DNA of 64,000 nt, taken from Zestosphaera sp. Its GTDB lineage: Archaea > Thermoproteota > Thermoprotei_A > Sulfolobales > NBVN01. Below are positions 18,628-26,817 of this stretch, in pieces (the stretch's first letter is position 1; each line of letters starts with the position of its first letter). The stretch covers positions 170,766 through 234,765 of the forward strand of contig JAWBSH010000001.1 of assembly GCA_038843015.1 (NCBI GenBank), in the 5' to 3' direction. The translations under genes and the position numbers were made by a program. The notes below the pieces were generated by a model, which was not told where the DNA came from, made no database searches, and saw only the letters and a program-made list of their open reading frames with translations.

Positions 18628-20563
18628 GTATCTCTCTTAGTATGAGTCCAAGGGAGGTATCTTCACCTAATTCACGTGATAACCTTTTTTTAGTTACTTT
18701 TAAAATTTTCAGTTCTTTCATTAATTCGTCCCTGTCTATCTCCTCTTTAATGTCCTTGACACCTAAGGACCTACACTTATCTAGACACCTGTGTATGGCA
18801 TCTATTGATTCGAGATCCGCCCTAGTTAAATCAACATTAACCTCTGCCAGGAGATATTTCCCTATAAGATCATTGCGGATATAGTGAGCAAATACACACC
18901 TTTGCAACTCCAGTAGCCGACTGGGAAATCCTAGCTCATACTCTATGTCTTCACCTCTAATATTCACCGAGTCAACCCTGCCGAATATATTTGTGCTGAG
19001 AAGAGGACTCCATGAATCCATAAATGAAAGCATTACAGGTGCTCCCTCTCTAATGAGTCGAGGTAGAAAGCCGTATTTAGTCTTCTTTTCATATTCATGT
19101 ACTTTCCTGCTTGCTATTATGATACCCCTGTCAACGTCTACATTTACGCTCTCTATAACGTCTAATCCGCCTCTAAACAACTCTTTACTGCCCCTTAGAA
19201 CTAATATTTCTCTGCATATGCTTTTTCCATCGTACCTAGTGGAAAGATTAACCTTAGGAGAGACATCTAATTCAACTATTATTCCATTACCTTCTTGAAG
19301 TTTCTTCAAGACTTCTTCTACTTGTAATTTCTTTATAAATAGGTTATATCTGAAGAACTCGTGAAGGCCTCTGTAGACAGCAAGCATTTCCTCCCTTTTG
19401 CCTAGAGCCTCAAACCTAAGACCCCACAGAATGCGTTCGTAGTCTTCTTTCTTACCAAATTCACCAAAGTAAAACCTGCACGCATCATTATACTCACAGA
19501 TCACTTTTCCTTTTTTATTAGCACAGGGCCACGTTTTCTGTTCTTTGGGGACTCCACGTTTCAAGATGTGAGGCGTGTATCTTAACACATTCACATCAAT
19601 GCCTTTGTCTAGAAGAGTAACTCTAAGATCCTCTGGATCTTTTCCAGTCAGCTCCTTTTGGTTCGTTAAGAGGACAGTTAGATGATCGGCTTCAATAAGA
19701 ATCCTTTGAATGAGGTTTTTCATTTCATCGTATCTCTTTCTGACTTTATTAGGAGGTGCTAGAGATGGGTGAGGGTATATCTCGCCTTGATAAGTTGGTC
19801 TTATAATCACTGGTAATATAGAAAAATCCCTTACAGACCCGTCATCGTCTAAGTGTCCTAAGATGACCCTCTCAAGCTCTTCAGGGGGGTAGCCCAGCCT
19901 TCTAGCCTCCAGGATGGCGTATGCCAGCACCTGCGCTATCTCGTAATTATAGGGGGTTCTAGAACCACCTGTCTTCCACTCTATGACTATTGCTTTACGA
20001 TTCTTACAATCTTCAAGGATTAGATCTGGTATGCCTCTGAGACGAACTTCATAATCAATAAGTGTTTGTTCAACTATGGGGTTCAAGTTCTTCAATTCAA
20101 CTCCTAATAGCTTTGTCCATGAAGGTAACTGATTAATTAAATATTCGAGAAGTTTTATAGCTTCCTTCAGTAGGTGGTCGCCTTGGTTTTTGATGAATTC
20201 TCTCTGACTTCCTAATTCTTCAATCGACTTCTTAACACTCTTCGGAATTGAGTGTCCTTCCTTAAAGTAAAGAAGAGAGGCTAAGGCTAGAACTCTATGA
20301 ATGTCTGAGCCTTCCCCCATTATTCTGTCCTTAAACACATGCACGTGTTGTTTTTTGATAGCTCCTATCGCTTCTATAAGTCTTGCTTTAAAAGAGCAGA
20401 GAGCAGCTCCTATGGCAACGCTCGTCACAGTCGGTACGTGAGCCGTCTTAGATAGTATTTCCTCAAGCACTTTCAGGGCTTCTTTCAATCTTTCAGAGTC
20501 GTTTGGGGAGATATTCTTACTTAAATCCCCCTCAATATATTTTGCAAAAAGAGAACGCACCAA
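18611..20563 (-). CDS. RecB/Cas4-type PD-(D/E)xK nuclease domain protein with probable Fe-S cluster and an unknown C-terminal domain
   Basis: 650 aa. The nuclease core is GIPDLILED ... IVIEWKTG ... QVLAYAILEA. Four Cys residues are present (AALCSF and CANKKGKVICEYNDAC). The C-terminal ~270 aa have no recognisable motif. The gene is translationally coupled to the downstream helicase. Confidence 0.7.
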   Translation of the reverse strand: MVRSLFAKYIEGDLSKNISPNDSERLKEALKVLEEILSKTAHVPTVTSVAIGAALCSFKARLIEAIGAIKKQHVHVFKDRIMGEGSDIHRVLALASLLYFKEGHSIPKSVKKSIEELGSQREFIKNQGDHLLKEAIKLLEYLINQLPSWTKLLGVELKNLNPIVEQTLIDYEVRLRGIPDLILEDCKNRKAIVIEWKTGGSRTPYNYEIAQVLAYAILEARRLGYPPEELERVILGHLDDDGSVRDFSILPVIIRPTYQGEIYPHPSLAPPNKVRKRYDEMKNLIQRILIEADHLTVLLTNQKELTGKDPEDLRVTLLDKGIDVNVLRYTPHILKRGVPKEQKTWPCANKKGKVICEYNDACRFYFGEFGKKEDYERILWGLRFEALGKREEMLAVYRGLHEFFRYNLFIKKLQVEEVLKKLQEGNGIIVELDVSPKVNLSTRYDGKSICREILVLRGSKELFRGGLDVIESVNVDVDRGIIIASRKVHEYEKKTKYGFLPRLIREGAPVMLSFMDSWSPLLSTNIFGRVDSVNIRGEDIEYELGFPSRLLELQRCVFAHYIRNDLIGKYLLAEVNVDLTRADLESIDAIHRCLDKCRSLGVKDIKEEIDRDELMKELKILKVTKKRLSRELGEDTSLGLILREILARKR

Positions 20564-20651
20564 AGCTCGGAATCCCTAAATATATTTTTGAATTTTAATT
20601 TATAAGGGTTTTAATTGAAGGGGAAGACACTCTTTAACTATACGTGGGTAT
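20564..20651. promoter_or_regulatory. AT-rich divergent promoter region with back-to-back TATA-like boxes
   Basis: AAATATATTT (about 20577-20590) would serve the minus-strand nuclease gene. TTTATAAGG (about 20599-20607) lies about 45 nt upstream of the DndC-like ATG. Confidence 0.4.
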
Positions 20652-21872
20652 ATGTGGGGGATGTTGGTGAGTAGTCATCTCGTTAATGTGTTTAGTTTGT
20701 TGGACGAAGTACTTAGTTCTTCTAGGAGGGTGGTAATAGCGTACTCGGGTGGCAAGGACTCTACTGCTGTGGCTCTTTTACTTCGTGAGTGGATTGAGTT
20801 GAGAGGTAGAAGTGACGTGAGTGTCTTGCTCCTGAACAGTGATACTTTAAGTGAGATACCTGAGATGAGGTTGTGGACTAAATCGTTCATGGAGGGATAT
20901 GTAAGCAGGCTTAAGGCGCTCGGCGTTGGGGCCTCCTTCAGGATAGTCACTCCCAAGCCGTCAGAGACTTTTTACTGGAGGGTATTTGTCAGGGGATATC
21001 CGGCACCTACCTTCAGCTTCAGGTGGTGTGTTTACCTTCTCAAGAGGAAGCCGGCACTTGAGGTAGTCAGTGATCCTGACTCAATGGTTCTGATGGGGCA
21101 CAGAGACGAGGAATCCTCTGCTAGAACTCAATCCCTGAATTCAAAAACTATGGGTAGTTTCTGCCCACTTAGCGCTGGGAGATGCTCATCCTACTACTTA
21201 TCAAGGGAAGGAAGCGCAGTTAAGACATATCCAATTAGAGAGTGGAGAGAAACAGATGTATGGACATACTTGAAGTATCGGAGAGATTGTGGCGAGAAAT
21301 ACCTTAATGAGTTATTCAGGTTATATGGACTATATGGGACGGACAAAGTAGGACTGGTGAAGGCTAGGTACGGGTGCTGGCACTGCACGCTAGTTAAGCA
21401 CCAGCTCGGTAACTTGGTACTGGGTGAGGGGAACCTCTACCTTGAAGCGTTCAGGTTAATGTACAGGTGGGTGAGCGACATGCCTGAGGCTAGAGTTAGG
21501 AAGAATACTGGCTACAGCAAGCTTGGATACCTCACAGCACCTGCCAGATCATTCCTGCTACATGCGCTCAAAACAGCTGAGGAACTTTCTCAAACGAGGC
21601 TCTACGGCCTAGACGAGTCAGTAATCCAGGAACATACGCTGAGGCAGATATTCTACGAACTACCTGAGGATGAGGCAGATAAGATAGTTACAGAGGAGGA
21701 AAGACTCAACAACGGAAATCGCCAACGAGTATACAGCATGAGAGACTTGCGAAACCTGAAGACATACAAGAAAGAAGTTAATGCCATGATCAAGCAAATA
21801 AAGAAGAAAGCAGAGAGCCAACCACTAATTAAGAAACACATAAGTGAGATACTCTCCTCTATTAACGGCTAA
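20652..21872 (+). CDS. DndC/SspD-like PP-loop ATP pyrophosphatase (PAPS-reductase fold)
   Basis: PP-loop VVIAYSGGKDSTAV, then RGYPAPTFSFRWCVYLLKRKP, HRDEESSAR, PIREWRETDVWTYL and ARYGCWHCT. From memory, this motif series characterises DNA phosphorothioation DndC-type enzymes. Confidence 0.7.
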   Translation: MWGMLVSSHLVNVFSLLDEVLSSSRRVVIAYSGGKDSTAVALLLREWIELRGRSDVSVLLLNSDTLSEIPEMRLWTKSFMEGYVSRLKALGVGASFRIVTPKPSETFYWRVFVRGYPAPTFSFRWCVYLLKRKPALEVVSDPDSMVLMGHRDEESSARTQSLNSKTMGSFCPLSAGRCSSYYLSREGSAVKTYPIREWRETDVWTYLKYRRDCGEKYLNELFRLYGLYGTDKVGLVKARYGCWHCTLVKHQLGNLVLGEGNLYLEAFRLMYRWVSDMPEARVRKNTGYSKLGYLTAPARSFLLHALKTAEELSQTRLYGLDESVIQEHTLRQIFYELPEDEADKIVTEEERLNNGNRQRVYSMRDLRNLKTYKKEVNAMIKQIKKKAESQPLIKKHISEILSSING

Positions 21873-22874
21873 TGGACGAGATTAAGTAAAATCTATAAAC
21901 GTTTAATGTAGTATTTAATGAACTTTTTATGTGTTCATCCTACCATACATAACTAATTTTAAGATAATAATATGGTTATGGTTAATGGGAGGTCCCTTAA
22001 GGTGCTTGTGTCTGGAAGCGTGAGTATGCGGATGTAACCATACTGAAATAGGAAAAAGAAACCATTATGGAGAACTTGGCAATATATATGTCTTAAGTAA
22101 AGTATTATAGAGTTACGGTATTGTAGTACAACGAGCGCATGAGGAGAATACTGTGAAGTCTTCAATGACAAAACTGAAAAACTCCAGTAATCCATACCGT
22201 TAAGAAATAAATGACTAGGAAACAAGGTATCAAAAATGAAGAGCAATTAATAATTATTCTACCGAAAAACAATAGAGGATGAGAAGGCTCTCATCTGCTG
22301 GCTGGCTCAATAATATTTGGGGTCATTATTTATTATCGTGGGTAAGGAGGAGACAAGAGTGATGTATAAGTTGAAAACAACTAAGTAGAAGATGTTACCG
22401 GCTAGATGTAGGTAGGCTGGATAGTGGCATCCTCAAGAGACTTTCTAACACTTCTAACCGACTGAATCGCGCTGAGCCAAAGAGAGTTATAGAGTAGCTC
22501 TCGGGACCAATCCAGCTAATGTAGACCCCCGTAGGGCTCAGAAGAAACCTTATTAAATAAATCCTTGAACTCTAGCATAAACGAAAGTAAAGTGTGATTA
22601 AGAACAACCATATGAAATCCATAGGAGAACAGATGCGGCGTTTAAGCACCGTTCGAACAGTTTATGAGGTACTATTCCTGGTTACTCTAACCTTCCCCAC
22701 ATCTAAAATAGGGCTTTTAGGTGTAAGTCTTTGGGACTATATGTTCGTGAAACATAAAATATAGCCAGCACCAGCCCAACTAAAATGTTGAGGAGACTAA
22801 ACACAAAAGAATCTTAGCAAATCTTGTTTTTAAGAAACAGCTAGAAACTCGTCATGTATTTATTCTTTAAAGAC

Positions 22875-23912
22875 TTATTTGAAGAGTTCTGTTATAGTTT
22901 TATCGTAAGGTTGGGTAGCTATTCCTTTCTCAGTGACTATGCCGCTGACTAAGTGTGGCGGGGTTATGTCGAAAGCTGGATTCACCACGTCTACGTCTGG
23001 AACTGTTATGAGGAGTTTTCCCAGTATTTTGCGTACTTCGTCAGGGTTGCGCTCCTCAATCACTACGTCGTCTAATTTACTTACTAGGTCTATGGTTGAG
23101 GTTGGGGCGACTGCGTAGAAGGGTATGTCATGGTATCGTGCTAGTACGGCTATCGTGTAAGTGCCTATCTTATTTATTACGTGTCCGGTCTTGAGTATTC
23201 TGTCTGCGCCGACGAAAACTTTACTTACTAAGCCTCTACTCATTACGTAGCCGACCATGTTGTCGCTAATTAGAGTTACTGGGATTCCCTCTCTCTTGAG
23301 TTCCCATACCGTCAGGCGCGCTCCTTGAAGCATGGGCCTAGTCTCCGTAGCTATTACCTTGATTTTCTTGCCTGAATACCATGCGTGTCTCACAACACTT
23401 AACGCCGTCCCGTAACCTGCCGTCGCTAAAGCACCAGCATTGCAGTGAGTTAATATAGTGTCTCCGTCATAAACTAACTTGCTACCTACCTCACCTATAG
23501 TCTTATTAACTCTCACGTCTTCCTCATATATCTCTAGAGCTTCTCTCACTACACTCTCTCTTAGTTCGTTAACGCTGGAGTAGTCTCCTTGAATTACTTT
23601 CCTCATCCTATCCAGAGCCCAGAATAGATTGACAGCAGTAGGTCTAGTCTTAGAAAGCCTCTCAACAGCTTTCAGCAAAAATAGCTTGAATTCCGCAACA
23701 CTATCTCCTCTATAGTTAGTCGCTGCTAAAGCAACTCCGAAAGCTGCCGCAACACCTATCGCAGGAGCTCCTCTAATCTCCATAGTCTCTATAGCTCTAG
23801 CTAATCTCTCGTAATCGTCTGACTCAACGTATTCTTCATCCCAGGGTATCTTTAGAGTGTTTAACCACCTGACCTTACCACTCAGCCACTCAATAGGCTT
23901 AATATGAGACAC
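22875..23912 (-). CDS. mtnA: methylthioribose-1-phosphate isomerase family protein (aIF-2B-like, MtnA type)
   Basis: 345 aa with N-terminus WLNTLKIPWDEEYVE...METMEIRGAPAIGVAAAFG, typical of the e2B/MtnA family. Confidence 0.8.
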   Translation of the reverse strand: MSHIKPIEWLSGKVRWLNTLKIPWDEEYVESDDYERLARAIETMEIRGAPAIGVAAAFGVALAATNYRGDSVAEFKLFLLKAVERLSKTRPTAVNLFWALDRMRKVIQGDYSSVNELRESVVREALEIYEEDVRVNKTIGEVGSKLVYDGDTILTHCNAGALATAGYGTALSVVRHAWYSGKKIKVIATETRPMLQGARLTVWELKREGIPVTLISDNMVGYVMSRGLVSKVFVGADRILKTGHVINKIGTYTIAVLARYHDIPFYAVAPTSTIDLVSKLDDVVIEERNPDEVRKILGKLLITVPDVDVVNPAFDITPPHLVSGIVTEKGIATQPYDKTITELFK

Positions 23913-23992
23913 AGCTTAAACACCGAATATTAGACTAGTTAGGTCTTATAAAATGACTGCAATTTCTTTAAGCTATTATTAAGAACATTATA

Positions 23993-24517
23993 GTGGTGGC
24001 AGAAGTGAGTAACGTCTTACGTGTCGTAGGCACTAAAGATAACAAACTCTTAGTAGAAGGACCTCCAGAGGTTTTCGTGGAGGCTAGGGTAGGGATTAAA
24101 ACATCTGAAGTCTCTACATACTTACTAGATCTGGTGGAGTTAGCTTACCTCACGTATCTTAAGGAATACAAGATAGTTGATGTGGACGGTGAGGACCTTA
24201 AGTTAGGCGACCTTTTCTCTAAGTACTCTAAGAGCAGATACGACTGGATAAAATTCACTACTTTTCTCGACCTCAGGAGCAGAGGTAGGGTAGCGCAACC
24301 AGGTTATGGTGAGAACGTACTTGTTTTCGAGATGAAAGGGCAGAGATACGCTGTCTATGTAGTAGAAGAAAACTCCCCACTAAACACTAAAGAACTGCTG
24401 AGCTGGATTGACAGCGCCTTACTCAAGAATCTTGAACCAATACTAGCTCTAGTTGACGCTAACGGAGACGTAACATACTATACTATGAGGAAGTACAGGC
24501 TAGAAGACCTGGTGTAA
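23993..24517 (+). CDS. endA: tRNA-splicing endonuclease subunit, probably the structural (beta) subunit
   Basis: EndA-like C-terminal domain (FLDLRSRGRVAQPGYG ... YAVYVV). It lacks the His-Ser catalytic context, which suggests the non-catalytic subunit of a crenarchaeal heterotetramer. Confidence 0.6.
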   Translation: MVAEVSNVLRVVGTKDNKLLVEGPPEVFVEARVGIKTSEVSTYLLDLVELAYLTYLKEYKIVDVDGEDLKLGDLFSKYSKSRYDWIKFTTFLDLRSRGRVAQPGYGENVLVFEMKGQRYAVYVVEENSPLNTKELLSWIDSALLKNLEPILALVDANGDVTYYTMRKYRLEDLV

Positions 24518-24520
24518 ACT

Positions 24521-25816
24521 ATGAAGATCCGTTTAGACCCCTTGAGAGGTATGAGAGATTTAGTAGCTCCAGAGTCTGAAGAACTCTACTATCTCAAGAA
24601 GAAATTTAGTGAGGTAGCTACCAGGTACGGCTATGAACCAATAATACTGCCCACACTAGAACTCTTTGACTTATTCTCTATTAAGTCAGGACCAGAAATC
24701 AAGAACAGCATGTACGTCTTCAGCGATAAGAGAGGACGGCAAGTGTGTTTAAGACCTGAATTCACGGCAGGAGTTGCTAGAGCTTACTTAAGACTTATGC
24801 GTGACAAACCTAAACCTATAAAGCTATACTACATTGGTCAAGCCTTCAGGTACGAAGAACCTCAAGCAGGCAGGTATAGAGAATTCTTTCAAGCAGGTGT
24901 TGAGTATCTAGGCGACCCCTCAATAAACGCTGACATAGAACTCTTACTCCTTATAAGAGATTACTACAAGATGGTGGGTCTAGACAACTATAAGGTCAAA
25001 ATCGGCAATATAGGAATCTACAGACACTTGTTTAGCGTCTGGGGAATACCTGAAGAAACTCAAGACCTGATAATACACTACCTAGATAAGAAAGAAGTTG
25101 AAAAAGCATTAAGCTTAGTTAGAGAGTACAGTGCCTCAGGACAGACATTGATTGAAGAACTAATGAGTATATCTTCTTCAGAGCCAGAAGAAGTTAAAGA
25201 ACAGGTGAGTAGGTTAAGACTAGATAGTAAGTCGCTAGAAGAACTTGAGAGAACTATAAAGATCCTCGAGCTCTCTAAGAAATTAGGCGTGGGTAACTCC
25301 TACGTAGATTTAGGTTTTGCCAGAGGGTTAGCATACTATACGGGCTTCATATTCGAGGTTACGGTACCTGACGTAACTTTCAGTATAGGTGGTGGGGGGC
25401 GCTACGATAAGCTGATCTCTCTATACGGTGGTGAAGACCTCCCAGCAACAGGTTTTGCTTTAGGACTTGACAGGATGCTCTTAGTGCTTGATAATAGGGG
25501 GTGGCAACTACCTGAAAAGAAAGTTAAAGTAGTTTTGATAGCGTTAGTAAACTACACAGTAGAAGTAGATCAAGTCGCTACTGCCTTCAGGAACGCGGGA
25601 TGCGTAGTAGATGTCAGGGTAGTCACTAAAAAGAAGGTGGGTGAGGTATTAGGTGATGCTGTTGAGAGAGGTTACGAGTATGCAGTATTTCTAGGAGAGA
25701 AAGAAATAAGAGAAGGAACACTAACTATAAAGAACTTAAGAGAAAAGGCGCAGAAGACTGTAAAGACAGATAATTTGGAGGAGGTCTTGTATGAGCTCTT
25801 ACGAGAGAGTAAGTGA
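24521..25816 (+). CDS. hisS: histidine--tRNA ligase
   Basis: Class II motifs FRYEEPQAGRYREFFQAG and GGGGRYD, an anticodon-binding C-terminal domain, and 431 aa in length. Confidence 0.93.
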   Translation: MKIRLDPLRGMRDLVAPESEELYYLKKKFSEVATRYGYEPIILPTLELFDLFSIKSGPEIKNSMYVFSDKRGRQVCLRPEFTAGVARAYLRLMRDKPKPIKLYYIGQAFRYEEPQAGRYREFFQAGVEYLGDPSINADIELLLLIRDYYKMVGLDNYKVKIGNIGIYRHLFSVWGIPEETQDLIIHYLDKKEVEKALSLVREYSASGQTLIEELMSISSSEPEEVKEQVSRLRLDSKSLEELERTIKILELSKKLGVGNSYVDLGFARGLAYYTGFIFEVTVPDVTFSIGGGGRYDKLISLYGGEDLPATGFALGLDRMLLVLDNRGWQLPEKKVKVVLIALVNYTVEVDQVATAFRNAGCVVDVRVVTKKKVGEVLGDAVERGYEYAVFLGEKEIREGTLTIKNLREKAQKTVKTDNLEEVLYELLRESK

Positions 25817-26735
25817 CGTGAGATTACAGAAGGGGATGAGAGTAAGTGATTTAATTAGAGTGTATAGAGAGATACACGGTTTTACTGCCTCAAGTCTCTA
25901 CGAAGCTTCAGAGATACTTAAGGAAGGTATTAGAGAAGCAGATCTAAGATTCCTGTCTTTCACGGGAAACTTAGTAGCTACAGGACTTAGAGGAGTACTA
26001 GCTCAGTTAATAGATGAAGGCTTCTTCAACGTGATTATAACTACGTGCGGGACTTTAGACCACGACATAGCTAAGGCTTTAGGCGGCAACTATCTGAAAG
26101 GATTTTTTGAAGCTGATGACTCAGAACTAGAGAAAGCCGGTATCCACAGACTGGGGAACGTGTTCATACCTAGAAATTCTTACGGGCCACTCGTAGAGTC
26201 TTTCGTTCGTGAGCTAGTGTATAAGGCTTCCTCAATAAAAGAAGAGTGGGGAGTGAGAGAACTCCTCACACTAGCTGGAGAAGCCCTATCAAATGATCCT
26301 AATTCAATCATAGGAGTAGCTAAGAAACGCGGAGTGCCTATTTACGTTCCTGGAGTGGTTGACGGGGCTTTCGGCACACAATTATTTATCTTCTCTCAGT
26401 TTACTAGATTTAAGTTAAACTTGCTAAAAGATATGAAGGAATTGTCAGACCTAGTTTTTCAATCTAAGAAAAGTCTAGCTTTAATACTCGGCGGCGGGAT
26501 AAGCAAACACCACACAATATGGTGGAATCAATTCAAGAACGGCCTAGATTACGCGGTCTACGTGACTACAGCCATAGAATGGGATGGTAGTCTCAGCGGC
26601 GCTAGAAGCAGAGAAGCAATAAGTTGGGGGAAAATAAAACCTAACGCGAAGCACGTCACGGTCTACGGTGAGGTATCGATACTGTTGCCGATACTCGCGG
26701 CCAGTATTTTAGAACACACTACTAGCAACGAATGA
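25791..26735 (+). CDS. dys: deoxyhypusine synthase
   Basis: Motifs GGGISKHH and EAISWGKI. Length is 314 aa. Confidence 0.9.
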   Translation: MSSYERVSDVRLQKGMRVSDLIRVYREIHGFTASSLYEASEILKEGIREADLRFLSFTGNLVATGLRGVLAQLIDEGFFNVIITTCGTLDHDIAKALGGNYLKGFFEADDSELEKAGIHRLGNVFIPRNSYGPLVESFVRELVYKASSIKEEWGVRELLTLAGEALSNDPNSIIGVAKKRGVPIYVPGVVDGAFGTQLFIFSQFTRFKLNLLKDMKELSDLVFQSKKSLALILGGGISKHHTIWWNQFKNGLDYAVYVTTAIEWDGSLSGARSREAISWGKIKPNAKHVTVYGEVSILLPILAASILEHTTSNE

Positions 26736-26817
26736 CGTGTAAAGTATTCTCTAAAGTGAGATTCTCCTAGACGTATTCCTTTTAAGTTATTTTCATTATG
26801 AGTTTTTAGGTGGGAAA

